A DNA stretch of 54,726 nucleotides from Craspedostauros australis (GCA_030167865.1 JALAGF010001124.1:1-54726), one strand, 5' to 3'; counted from the stretch's first letter, positions 1 to 11,756 are shown. Notes: generated from the sequence alone by a model not told the origin. Translations and numbers: made by a program.

Positions 1-219
1 GGGGGGGCGGTTGTATTTGCCCTTGTATGTCCATACACAAGCATATTCGTATGCGACCGAACCGCAACTCCAAGCCCGACATGTGTTTCGGGCTGTTCTG
101 AATCAACCTTGAGAGTACAAGAGACTTTACACATGCGTGCACCATGCTCACGTGCCATCTACTGTTTCTTGATCATCGCATTGATTACGATTGCTACCAC
201 CACCGATTGCCACCTCCAG

Positions 220-504
220 ATCTACGGCGAAAAGTTCCCAGACGAAAACTTCATCGTGAAGCACACCAAAGGAGGACAGCTATCCATGGCAAATGCTGGG
301 CCTGGCACGAACGGTTCTCAATTCTTCATCACAAGCCGCGATACGCCACACTTGGATGGCAAGCACGTCGTGTTCGGCCATGTCGTAGACGGTATGGACG
401 TCGTGAGAAAGATCGAAGATTGCGAATGCGGTGCGGGTGACAAGCCCGCGGTGGATATCATCATATCCGATTGTGGCGAGATGCCCAGCGATTACAAGCC
501 GTGA
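220..504 (+). CDS. Cyclophilin-type peptidyl-prolyl isomerase, terminal exon (5' part lies upstream of the window)
   Basis: Acceptor ctccag|ATC at 219/220. Reads [11 protein letters not shown]...[17 protein letters not shown]...[12 protein letters not shown], the cyclophilin signature. Stop at 502-504. The ORF-track portion 109-219 is intronic. Confidence 0.95.
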   Translation: MYGEKFPDENFIVKHTKGGQLSMANAGPGTNGSQFFITSRDTPHLDGKHVVFGHVVDGMDVVRKIEDCECGAGDKPAVDIIISDCGEMPSDYKP

Positions 505-1123
505 CGAAGGCCGTCGCAGCTGTAGAATCAGATATGGGAAGTCTTTCTGTGCGATCGGAAGGCGTGCACGTATTCTCTGTCCACCTCTCCATACTATCCG
601 TACCACGGCTTCATGTTGCAGTGCGGTTCTCGGCACGCGCGATATTGTGGCTAACAATTGTCATCCCTGCCGATGTCAACGTAGAACCTCGAGAGGAGCA
701 GGTAGAATTCGAACGTGTCACAGTCGGAGAATTAGAGTAGCTCGTAGTCATGTAGGCATCGTGTTTGTGTCGATCGCGACGAGCGCGACACCTTTGGAGA
801 ACTGTCGCACCGGACAGCGAGCGATGCTGACCATCGAGATTCGCAGGGGCGATGCCACTCACTTCGCTCTACTTGCCCAATGCTACTGAAAAGTACCGTA
901 GTACGAGCCAAAGTAGTCCTCTGTGCAGGTAGTCTTAATAGCAATGCATTGCAAGATCACGCTACTCTGGCTACTTCCGCATGCATGAATTCCAGGATGC
1001 TCTCCTCACGTAGACACACCGTCGCCTTGACTGTACACCAACTTGGGGCAGCATGGCATCACACTGGCACGCAGTCTCAGTAGGTCAGTTTCACCATCGC
1101 TGCAAGGATATGGTGCCAACATG

Positions 1124-2254
1124 TCAAAGAATCCCATCATCGCGAGTCACATGGAGCAACTCGCCCTCGGCTTTTATCAGCACGTGAGGTTCCATGTAGT
1201 GCTTCCATACCGATCTGCATGGTTCCGGCTCCATATTCATTCCCTTTCGCCAATGGTAGACAATCACATCGCCCGAAGAAAGCGGATTGCCCCAGTGAGT
1301 GGTGGATTTGGTCATGAGTAGCACCTCCACCAAGAAATGGCTCGCGCTACTTTGATCGAAGCGGGTTGGAAAAGTTCTGTCAAGCCTCGGGACTTGATTG
1401 TCTGTGAACAAGACGACCGTCAGATTGGACGGGTTGTGGACCTTCTTGTACTCCATGTCGCAAGCATCAAGTCTGACACCAAGCGTGCATGTTGACGTTG
1501 ACAGACACATGTCTTCGCAGATCGGCTCTCGGCAGGATGCCCACCGTTTGCATTTACCATCGAGGTTCCTCCGATGGACGGAGATGAAGTTGCGACCATG
1601 TGGCCAGGAATCGAGAATTCTTTCAGCTTCTTCTCGGTGTTGCTTCTTCGGCAGCAACGTCGGCAGGTATGGTGCGAAGGGGTTCTTCAAGAAGAAAACG
1701 TCCATCGACTCCATCCACACGTGACAATTCTTAGAATCGTGATTGTAAATGAATTCCTCTCGTTCATCGAATACGGATAAGAACCACTCCGTCCATGCTT
1801 CATCCAATGCGATTGGTCTGTTTTCCCCTTCGTCGTTTCGCAAAGACAGAAGTCTGGCCATGGAAATGATTCGGTTGCAATGTTGGCCGAAGAATGACCC
1901 AAAGCAGTACGGTTTCAACTGCGCCCCGGTGGGAGGGGCTGAGGCTGAGGCCAAAGTACCCGCATCCGCATCGCGCGTCGACGTAGACACCCGCTGGCCC
2001 CGCGGATCCAAGCCGGGGACGATCGAGAAGCTGGCGGGTACACTCGCCTTTCCCTGCACGTTGCTGATGCCGTCGGATCCCGCAGGACTGCTTTCGCTGT
2101 ACTGTGTGAATGAATTGAACGGATGCACGAGCCTCTGGTTGCAGGCGAACGAGAACGCCGAGATAAGCACGAGAGCAACAAGGCCCCGAACCGCAAATCT
2201 TTGTCCCTTCTTGCGCGCGTTTTTCTGCTTGTCTGTGGCTGCCCTTCGTGCCAT
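1124..2254 (-). CDS. Type II membrane fucosyltransferase-like protein (GT11/GT23/POFUT-superfamily-like), paralog 1
   Basis: ATG at 2254 (MARRAATDKQK), basic N-terminus, TM segment (VRGLVALVLISAFSFAC), stem. Then GQHCNRI, SVHRRNLD, VVLFTD and VEVLLMTKSTTHWGNPLSS, resembling motifs I-III of inverting fucosyltransferases. Intronless ORF. Confidence 0.6.
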   Translation of the reverse strand: MARRAATDKQKNARKKGQRFAVRGLVALVLISAFSFACNQRLVHPFNSFTQYSESSPAGSDGISNVQGKASVPASFSIVPGLDPRGQRVSTSTRDADAGTLASASAPPTGAQLKPYCFGSFFGQHCNRIISMARLLSLRNDEGENRPIALDEAWTEWFLSVFDEREEFIYNHDSKNCHVWMESMDVFFLKNPFAPYLPTLLPKKQHREEAERILDSWPHGRNFISVHRRNLDGKCKRWASCREPICEDMCLSTSTCTLGVRLDACDMEYKKVHNPSNLTVVLFTDNQVPRLDRTFPTRFDQSSASHFLVEVLLMTKSTTHWGNPLSSGDVIVYHWRKGMNMEPEPCRSVWKHYMEPHVLIKAEGELLHVTRDDGIL

Positions 2255-2892
2255 GGCGACGGATGTCAATTGGCCTTAGCTGTGTGTGTTGAGGACGAAG
2301 CAGTGTGGCTGGTGTATGCAGTCCGAGTTACTATGGTATCGCAGCCGACAGTGTATCGGATTGTGCGGGTGCGGGTACTCAAGGGAAGGAGGCATGGAGT
2401 ACGGAGCATGCAGAGTGGAGCGTGCAGCTCTGTGTGCCAAACAAACAAACCGAAGGAAGAAGGTCGTCGCCACAGCATTTGGTGGCATCAGCAACGCCCG
2501 CTCATTCGTTTCGCAACCATGATCGAATTCAGTCGTGGATGGCTGTTCGACGAAGATCGTGGTCGTGCGTGATGATGATGATGTGATGATCTTGTTGCAG
2601 TACAGGATCGGGGCCGAAGCCTTCATCTGCCTTGGGTGGTCGATTTTACGAACTATCAGTAGTATTCTATAATAGTATAGTAGATCTATTCTATGATATG
2701 GGCATGCTACTAGTTGCATATCTACTCGTACCTGCGTGCGAGTACGGTGAAGTATTCGCTCATACTCTTGGCATCACATTGAGGTACGATCAGGCCAGCA
2801 GTTGCCATCGCATCATCAAAGTGTCACTGTTGCTCGTTTGCCCCATGCAAAAGAATGACCCTCCCCTCTCCCTCTCCCAATTGCGATGGCTA

Positions 2893-4089
2893 TCAAATCG
2901 TTTTCAGCATCGACGGATCCATGTAGTTTTGCCACATGGATTGGCACTGCTGTGGTTGCGTCTTGACTCCCATCCGCCAGTGATGGACGAGAACATCGAC
3001 GGAGGACAACGGATTTCCCCAATGGGTTGTGGATTTGGTCATGATCAGCACTTCTACCAGGAAATCGCTCACTGAGCTCGCATTGAAATGGATTGGGAAG
3101 GTGCCATCGAGTTCTGGAACTTGCTTGTCGGTGAACAGGACCACATTCGAACCGGGAGGCTCATCGAGCATGCTGTACTCCATGTTGCAGGCATTAACCC
3201 TATCCGCAGCCGTGCAGGTCGATGTCGACAAGCACTTCCTTCCGACGATGCCGGCCTTGCATTTTGCCCAAGAAATGCAATTGCCATCGAGATTCCTCCG
3301 ATGAGCGGAAACGTAGTTGCGACCGTACACCCAGGCATCAACGTACGCATCAGCTTCTTCCCGGAACGCCTTTTTCGGGAGGAAGTCCGATAGGTACGGC
3401 GCAAAGTTCACCTTCAGGAAAAACGCATGCTTCCCCCACATCTTGACGTGACAACCTTCGTATGTGTGGTTGTAGATGAATTCGTCCCGTTCGTCGAATC
3501 GTTCGAGGTACCAGTCGGTCCATCTCTCATTCAACGCGATGGGCCGGCCCTTCCCCTCTCGGCCACGCCAAGCCAGCAGCTTGGCCAGAATCAGCACTCG
3601 GTTGCTGGTTTGACCAGCAAACCTCACCAGACAATATGGCCGCAGCGGTGCCGCGACAGCAGGGTCTGCGGTGTCCACATCATGCTTTGGTCCGGAAGGT
3701 TGGCGGATCTGCGCGATCGACGTTTCATCTTCGTTCTGCGCCACCGTTTCATCTTGTGGTGAATCATCGATGGAAGCATCGTGCGATGAAGCACCGCCAA
3801 GATCCATTGGCGGATCCTCGGCTCTGTGCGTGCCGTGGGTGAAACCATTCCCACCCTCATCCTCGTCCATGCCATCTGGGTTTCGAAGCGCATCGTCGCT
3901 GCCATCACTGCCATCGTGCGGTAGTTCAATGGAACGATGGGCAAGCTTCAGTTGGGAGATCAATGAAACCATTGCAAAGGCGCAGAAACCCAACGAGAGA
4001 CACGCGCGCTTCTTTCTGTGTCTCCAAACATCGTCTCGTTGTGTGTGACATGTTGGCATTTTCCCCTTCAATGCCCAAGCCAATGCCAT
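2893..4089 (-). CDS. Type II membrane fucosyltransferase-like protein, paralog 2 (tandem duplicate)
   Basis: Probable ATG at 4089 (MALAWALKGK). TM ACLSLGFCAFAMVSLI, acidic stem. Catalytic region colinear with paralog 1 (FDERDEFIYNH, SAHRRNLDGNC, CLSTSTCT, VVLFTDKQVP, FLVEVLIMTKSTTHWGNPLSS). Confidence 0.6.
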   Translation of the reverse strand: MALAWALKGKMPTCHTQRDDVWRHRKKRACLSLGFCAFAMVSLISQLKLAHRSIELPHDGSDGSDDALRNPDGMDEDEGGNGFTHGTHRAEDPPMDLGGASSHDASIDDSPQDETVAQNEDETSIAQIRQPSGPKHDVDTADPAVAAPLRPYCLVRFAGQTSNRVLILAKLLAWRGREGKGRPIALNERWTDWYLERFDERDEFIYNHTYEGCHVKMWGKHAFFLKVNFAPYLSDFLPKKAFREEADAYVDAWVYGRNYVSAHRRNLDGNCISWAKCKAGIVGRKCLSTSTCTAADRVNACNMEYSMLDEPPGSNVVLFTDKQVPELDGTFPIHFNASSVSDFLVEVLIMTKSTTHWGNPLSSVDVLVHHWRMGVKTQPQQCQSMWQNYMDPSMLKTI

Positions 4090-4712
4090 TGAAAATGACA
4101 ACGACAACGACAGCGGCAGTGGCAATAGCAAGGACGTTGGCCAGCAGAGTACTGATCGTCGTCCATCGTGAATGCGGTGAACCTGACGACGTGGATGGAG
4201 AGGGGGTTGTTGTTGTTCGCCGAGAGGGGCAAATGAGAATTTGATCGCTTGTTGTTCCTGGTTGCTCCTTGTTTGGTCACTGGAAGAAATCGTCCAATGA
4301 CCGAAAATCACGGCGCTTTCGACACAATGATCGTATCATTTTGAAGAATCAATCCGTTTCCTTCCAATTATGAAGCAATTTGAAAGTGACAATGACATAA
4401 AGAGAAGCAATTCAATTTTTCTCTCAGTATTTTGCCCAGTTTCCAATCCGAGGGTCCAGATGTCGTTCTTCGAGGTAACCGTGGTTACACACACCAGGGT
4501 ACACGCCACACACAAGAGAGGTGCCTTGGAAGCGTTGGAGGTTCTGATGGATGTGTACCAGAGTACGCTGCGAAGGTTGACCGGACAGCTACCAACAACA
4601 ACAGCAACGGCACTCAGACATCGCTGGACATGGTTGCGAGCTATGGATGACACTTGCTCCCACAAAAGGCCAATGCATCGCTGTTGGGGTGCTGATTTGA
4701 TCAAATATCCGG

Positions 4713-4740
4713 ACTCTCTCTCTCTCGAGAGAGAGAGAGT
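4713..4740. repeat. Perfect 28-bp palindrome built from CT/GA dinucleotide tracts
   Basis: actctctctctctc|gagagagagagagt. A second 12-bp palindrome atttgatcaaat lies at 4695-4706. Confidence 0.9.
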
Positions 4741-5309
4741 ATGAAGAGAGAATGCAACTGCGGTACAATGCTTGACAGTACTACTGCATATAATACTTTA
4801 CACGCTTCCATGGTCCTGTTGTGGTCTCATCCAACATATCCTGTAGACGAGTGCCGATGGTCTCTCTGTATATCTAGACTGATATCGTAGAACTCTCCAA
4901 AAAAGTTCCGCGCGAGGTCCACGAGGTCTTTCAACGCTCGGCTATGCACGACTCCCGTTCCGCCGCGTTGGCAACGCTGCGAAGACAACACAACGGAACA
5001 GAAGGCTGCCCAGATCCGTCACCCAGGCTTTCCACGTTGTCTTCCATGAATTTCATTGTTGTTTCTGCAGTTCTCACGAAGCACGCAGAACACAAGGGAC
5101 CGTATTGGACAACCAAGACACACAGGCAAGAAAGACGCAGAGAGAAAAAACACGCGTTGGGACCTCACCTGAGCTCCGTCTGCAACGACATCACAGAATC
5201 TTCGACAAAAGCGAAGTGTCGCAAACGGGGGTTGTGCAACCAACAGAGACAGCGAGAGGACAAGAACAACCACCACCAACACCACCACTACAATAGACGG
5301 CAAGACAAG

Positions 5310-8300
5310 ATGATCTCCACTAGCGCAGCGACGGCACTGGTGTTTCTGCTGTCCGGTGGACCGGCCGCAGTTGCGGCTGAGAGCGGCAGCAGCAGTTTGA
5401 CGAGCAACGGCCTCATTCGAAGGTGAGAAAGCGACTAGAGATTTATTGCATGTCCCTTCTGCTGTGTTTCGGGCGACGCCCTCTCGGCTCCGCACCGCCC
5501 AGCGACCAACGGTCAAGGAATGCAGCGCGGCGACACCATGGTGTTGTGCGGGTGTGAGCATGGGTGTGTCAGTGCTGCTGCAAGATGTCGGTCACCGGCG
5601 CTCAATGCCGCCAAGGTCACCATCTTGCGCGGTGGGCGAATCGCAGATAATCTCAACGCAGCCATGAGCCAACGCTGCGGAACGGCTTTCCCAGCACGAC
5701 TCACGCGAGCTGCGCCACGACGTTCGCCATTTCTCTCTGGCCACTCGCACACTCCTACATACACACACACACACACAGGCTCTGTTGTCGCTGCTCTGCT
5801 ATTGCTTTCGGTACCCGTTGCCTCCACCACTTGTCGCAACAACCAATCTATGCCACGACGTATTGCAATACCACTCACCGCATCATGCTCCTCTCTCCAC
5901 TCGTCTGCGCGGCGTGATGGGCTGTGCTCACTGATGTGACTATTTGATGTTTCGGTTGCACAGCCTCGCCCAAAACCCAAACGCAGTGCTTGCGGAGCGC
6001 AAGGCCCGCAATTTGGAGGAGATCGCGGCACCTCGCTTCTTGCATGAGGGCAGTGCCTTCCGCCAACTCCGCAGGGCGGCCGAGTCTTCTTCGTTGCAAA
6101 ACCAGGAAAAGGACCAGCTCATGTGCGACCAAGCGTTCACGGGCTGCGTCGACGAGATGGATTGCGTCGAGTGCTTCGTTTCTCTGGATGATTCCGACAT
6201 CGATTGGTCGTCGGTGACGCAGGATACGCCATGCTCGACTGTGGTCAGCGCGCTGACAAATAGCGGCTTCTGCAAGGCCCTCAACAGCAACACCAGGGCG
6301 AACGACGCATTCTGCAAGACCTTCGAGGCTTGCATCATCTTCAACGAGGACGCACACAAGGCTGACGACGACGAATACGTAGACTGCTCCAAGTTGACCT
6401 CCTGCGATTGGCCTGGCTTCCACCCCTCCTTCCTGGGTGATGGCATCTGCCACGACAACATCCATGGCTGTTACAACACGGCGATCTGTAACTGGGATGG
6501 CGGGGATTGCTGCAAGAGCACTTGCAAATCCAAGTCTGACTATGTCGAGTGTGGCCATGACGGATATTTCTGTCGCAACCCAGCAATCGACGACTGCGAC
6601 CCCCTGTTGACGTCGAAGTGCGAGAAGGACAGCGGCAGCTCCGCACAGAAGCCCAGTGACGTTACATGCGACGAGGACGAGATCAAGTACCGCCTCAATA
6701 TGTACGATTCATTCGGCGATGGTTGGGACTCAACCAAGCTCATCATCACAGACGATTCCACAGGGACCGGCAAAGAAGTCTTCAACGGGCAGCTCGTAAC
6801 CGGCGTCCAGGGGACCCAATACATCTGCCTCGCCGCACGGCCCACATGTTACGAGGCTGTCACCAACGGCGGCACGTGGGGAGTTGAAGTATCCTGGGAG
6901 ATCAAGCCGCTTGCTGATGGTTATTCCGCGAGTGAGTCTACACACTTTGCTGCATTTTCTTTGTGTTCCTGTGTCGGCAGCAACGGAAGCGTCATGTAGC
7001 GTGGCGATCTCGAGCGTCCCGTGGTGAAGGCAGGTACTTGATGAATGTCGCCGTCGTCGCCAGTCCGCTCTGCCGTGGAGTCCTATTGCACATTCTGTTG
7101 TTTTCCCTTTCTTTGCTGCAAATGAGACCTCACCATCATGTCGGACGCACGCGCAACATCTAACTCATTGGTTCTCATTGCCGTGCTATGACGCAAACAC
7201 CTCCATCAACGCAAACAAAAACCATGCCACACGTCATTCTTACTTTATCTTATTGTCCCAACCTCAGTCGCGGGAGGTGGAGCACCCATGGATTGCAAGT
7301 TCCCAGTTTCGGGTTCATCTTGTCAACGCACCTGTACAGGCACTCCTCACGGCCAAGACGGCTTCGACCCCACCAAGGACCCTGACTACGAGAGCATGAA
7401 GCAAATGAAGAAGTGCATTGAGGACAGATGCATGATTCAGCTGCGTCATTGCGAGGATGACGACTTGTGCAAGGTGTGCTTCGACGATGACGCACCAAGC
7501 TACTGTTTCAGTCTCCCCCCATTCAAGGCCCTCATCGACTGCGCCCTCTGTGGCTGCACTGAAAGAGAAGGGTCGCAGTACTGTGATTCTCAGGTTGCGC
7601 CTGGCATCCCGGAGCAATCATATGACGAGGACGAAAGCGACGATGGCTACCTGCGTCCATGTAGCGCCTCGGAGACCATCTCGGGTTCGAATGCGGTGAT
7701 CGACTTCAGCAAGTGCACCGACTTTGATGAACTCGCCATGATGGTTTCGGAATTTGACAATCACAACTTCGGACAGCTTGACACCTTTGAAACGTGCGCG
7801 CACTCGTACGCGCAAGGCGACAACCATGGCGGTCGCACTGCGCTGTCCTGCATGGCGGTGCTGAAATCTGCCATCCTGAACCCCACATCAAGTACGAGCA
7901 ATCCAGACGCTCCCAAAGATGCAATTTCGGCGTTGGCCGACAAGCTGTACAACGACGGTGAAAAGTTCTGCAACTGTGCCGCCAAGGCATCGAAGGACTG
8001 CCCGCTGTGCCCATCGTTCATGCAGTTCAAGACGCTCATGTATGAAGCCATCGATGCCTGCCATGCACTGGATGAGATTGATTGCGATGCATGGGAGGAG
8101 GTGAGTACACGAATGCTCTGTTGCAAGCGCAGGATATTGTGCTTGGCACGGACAGAATCGCCGGGTGGGCATTGACGTGTTGACAAGTTGGCACATCGCT
8201 CTTGGAGAAATGGAGTTGTGTTCATGCTATCACTGTCGTATCCCTGGCGTGTGCTCAGAACACGACAACGCTTCCGCTCACTTGCATAGCTCACTCTGTC

Positions 8301-9083
8301 CTCATCCAAACCACCGCAATGCGTGTATCCCCATATCTATGTATTTCTATCTCTCTACTTGATTGATATGCGTGTGGGTGTACCTTGTAAACTCAATGAC
8401 GTGGCTTCGCCGTACAGTTTTATTACCCATGCCAAATGAGACTGAAAGACGTGTATGGCGGCACGGACTTCAAAAAGAAAGATCAGTGCGACTTCGTTGC
8501 AGCCGGGTGTGATGGCGTTGGCGTCTTGCCGGCCTTCCGCCGGATGGATTGCGCTGACAGCATCTCTGATCCTGCCATCGACTTCTACCTTGCGTACGAA
8601 GACGGTTGCTTGGGTGGCAGCGGCGGTGGAGGTGGATTAACTCCCACCAACGCGCCAGATCTCACCACCGCACCGACCCAACGGACCCCACCCGTGGACC
8701 CGACACCCGCACCATCTCCGACATCGGAAGCAACTGAAGAGCCGTACACGCCACCTGAAGATGATGACGATAGCGGCAGCAGCGGCAGTGGATCTGGCAG
8801 CGGAAAGAAGCCGAAGAAGAAGAAGTCTCACTTCTTCCGCAACTTCATCATTCTCTGTCTGCTCGCCGGTGGCGTGTTTGTGTACTACAAGAAGCGCAAC
8901 GGCACCTTCAACTTCGACCTCAACCAGTATCGCCCAACCAGCACGTACGATTACGACGGAGGCATGTCAGGTAGCGAAATGATGTACGGGAATCTGAACA
9001 GCTCCACCAGTTTCCAACCTCCTTCGCTGCCTCCTCCACCCGCAGCCATGGGACCCAACAACCAGCCCATGTCCATGACCTAA
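5310..9083 (+). CDS. Cys-rich type I membrane protein with an LNR (Notch/Lin-12 repeat)-like module, ~859 aa, 4 exons
   Basis: Exons 5310-5422, 5964-6931, 7268-8100, 8418-9083, all GT-AG and phase-consistent (2580 nt). Signal peptide MISTSAATALVFLLSGG, LNR-like GDGICHDNIHGCYNTAICNWDGGDCC, DSFGDGW segment, many Cys clusters, P/T-rich stalk, TM FIILCLLAGGVFVYY, short cytosolic tail. Confidence 0.85.
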
Positions 9084-9773
9084 AGAGAGAGAGAGAGAAA
9101 CGCAGACAGGCGACGAAATGGCCACGCGGAACTTGCGCGCGGCATTTACAAGGCATGGCGTTGACAGTGTGGATCAAGCCCACTGTGCGAATGCATCATG
9201 AACCTCATCAGCATAAGCACAAACCAATACATATTATTACCATGCTCAATACTTCAGAAGGTGTATGATGATTCACTCCACCTCGTGAATGTTATGCGAT
9301 AGGACGGAGCATGGAGTGGCCTGTGAATCCATCTCACGTGTCCGTTTCGATATCTTCACGAGCACGAGTACCTATCTTCCTTGCTCGTGCTACGGGTTAC
9401 GAGCACGCGCGGTTGAGAGACATGACGTTTTGACAGCAATCAGGTGGTGGCCAACAGGTCAGCGCAAACCAAAAAACATGAGGGCGATCCGAATGGTAGG
9501 CGAAGGAAATCTTCAACACGGATCGAGAACGACCACGAGCGGCAAAAGAAGAGAACGCAGCGGAGCAACCAACCAAGGCAACCAAAGAAAAGGAACGGGA
9601 GATGGACCACTGATGCACACTCTCCGAGAACGAGCACGTCAAAGAACCAACCAAGTCAGCCACGCATTGCTGCAACTGCGATATTAGAGAATATAATATA
9701 ATACATTATAAACCACAACGATAACACAACCATCACACAACAACTATTCCAGGACAAGAAGAAGAAGAAGAAG

Positions 9774-11339
9774 ATGGCGATGATGACAGCTGCCAGAGCC
9801 GCAGCAATGAGCATGATCGAATCCATGGAAAGCTGGGAGGACTTTCTCGAATACGTGGCAATGTACGGCGCCCAGATTGCCTTGGTCACGTGCCTCAGCG
9901 CCGTGGCTGTGTACAGGAGAGAGATGAGCTGCAACCGAGTGTTCCACGAGGAACCCGAGCCTGCAGACGATGATCGCGACGCGGAGGATGAATCGGATCG
10001 AACACGCCAGCATCGTCGTCGCGGGCCAACGCACCTGCACGGGCATCACATATCACTCAGCGATGTGGGCGCGAGCGTGACTGTGCATGGGAAGGACCAG
10101 ATTCTGGATATCCTGAAGTCGTACTGCTCCAGCGCTCCGTTCATCAACTTCGCGCATGCGTGGTTGGAGCGATGGGATCATCTCAACCGTGAGCTGGACC
10201 GCAAAGCGGTGAGCATGGCCCGTGATGAGCGTCATACTCGCACTCATGATGGTGAGGATGGCGGTGGCTTCGTCAGGGCGAACCCATGGGATGATCTGTC
10301 ACCGGAGGAACTTCTCGACAGCGTTGGCAATTACTGCTCTGGCGAGCCGCTCCTCGCAGCAATCTCCTTGCTCTCCTCGTCGAAACGCGTCACCGCCTCC
10401 GCTGCACGACAAGCGCGGCGCAACAATGCGTGCAACAGACCGTGCCCATATTCGCGCAACTTGCCCAATGACGTGCATGGGCACATCGCATCGTTCTTGC
10501 ATCCGAGAGACGTCGTCAACTTGGCGTGCGTGTCGAGGTCGTATTGCAGCATCGTGGACGAAGGGGAAGTGTCCATGGCAATTTGGAGGACGTTGTGGCT
10601 GCGGGACTACGGCTGGATACTCAGCCGATGGGAGGTGGGGCAGCAGGCCGCCGAGCGTTCTGGTGCGTCGCCGGTATTCAGCAAGGCCTTCTACTTCCGC
10701 TTTGGACAGTCGTACATCGACTACGTGCTCGCTGGCCAGAACACGAACGAACGATGTCTGGTGGGTCTGCATTCGAACATCTACGATATCACGCCGTTTT
10801 TGCATTTGCATCCTGGATCCCCCGACACGCTCATGGTGCATGCGGGCAAGGATGCGACTCGTTTCTTTGAGGACATGGGGCACTCCCTCAGCGCGAGACG
10901 GATGGCAAGATCGCTGTGCGTCGTGGTGGATCGATCGGGCGAGCTGCACGAATGCGGGCTTCATCCAACCGTCCGTACAATGCAGCCACTGCAAGAGGCG
11001 CGTGAGAATCGCAGCAACAACACCCACTGCAAGAATATCCACAACGGCGACACCGACAGCGGTGCCGAGGACATCCGATTCCCTCCGCCCGTCGAGGACC
11101 ATCGACTCTGCAAGAATCGCAAAGGACAGAGAACGACAAAGTGTCACGGGACGTTAAGGGAAACTCGCAACGCCATGCAGCGTGAGCATGAAGTCGTCAC
11201 CTGCGCGGTCGAACGAAGGTATGCCGCGGATGCCAGCGTTTTGGGCGACGTTAACGTGTACTACGATCCCTTGGTCCAGAAGTGGCAGGCGTGGTACACA
11301 AACATTTCGCTGGAGACGGTCTTCGTCAAGGACATGTGA
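9774..11339 (+). CDS. F-box plus cytochrome b5-like heme-binding domain protein
   Basis: Intronless 521-aa ORF. F-box-like LPNDVHGHIASFLHPRDVVNLACVSRSY...IWRTLWLRDY. Cyt b5-like CLVGLHSNIYDITPFLHLHPGS...HAGKDATRFFEDMGHSLSARRM. N-terminal hydrophobic segment. Confidence 0.85.
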   Translation: MAMMTAARAAAMSMIESMESWEDFLEYVAMYGAQIALVTCLSAVAVYRREMSCNRVFHEEPEPADDDRDAEDESDRTRQHRRRGPTHLHGHHISLSDVGASVTVHGKDQILDILKSYCSSAPFINFAHAWLERWDHLNRELDRKAVSMARDERHTRTHDGEDGGGFVRANPWDDLSPEELLDSVGNYCSGEPLLAAISLLSSSKRVTASAARQARRNNACNRPCPYSRNLPNDVHGHIASFLHPRDVVNLACVSRSYCSIVDEGEVSMAIWRTLWLRDYGWILSRWEVGQQAAERSGASPVFSKAFYFRFGQSYIDYVLAGQNTNERCLVGLHSNIYDITPFLHLHPGSPDTLMVHAGKDATRFFEDMGHSLSARRMARSLCVVVDRSGELHECGLHPTVRTMQPLQEARENRSNNTHCKNIHNGDTDSGAEDIRFPPPVEDHRLCKNRKGQRTTKCHGTLRETRNAMQREHEVVTCAVERRYAADASVLGDVNVYYDPLVQKWQAWYTNISLETVFVKDM

Positions 11340-11756
11340 AAGCAACAAAGCCGATGATGGTTTCGACGGCGACAAGAGAGGCACAAGGGATACTCGACCA
11401 TACTCGACCATACTCTACTGATACATGAATCGATTTTCTGACAGATGCATGTTTTGTACAATACCATACAGAACTCTACAATACATACATAAAATACTCG
11501 TACGATTGGCACCATAAAAAGCTCCGCAACAGAGTAGGGTAGTCTTCATTGTTATCTCATATTGTACTGATGTCGCGCCTGATAATGCCGTTCTGTTCTC
11601 CAATGTTTGGACCCCAACGGTGGATGAAGAACTCCATCTGTCTGACTTGTCATCAACTTGGTGGCGTTCGGCCTCGTGTTGTCTCTCGCTGTTTGCACTG
11701 CGACCTTCCGAGTATGAATATGACTATTCTAGAGAGTAGAGTACGCCACAACCCCG

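Noticed and set aside
4090-4311. N-terminal extension of fucosyltransferase-like paralog 2
   Set aside because: Non-ATG start and low-complexity UTR-like sequence. ATG at 4089 gives an N-terminus comparable to paralog 1.
10222-11157. 311-aa (+) and 282-aa (-) ORFs overlapping the F-box/cyt b5 gene
   Set aside because: Alternative-frame and antisense shadows with Arg/Ser-biased composition.
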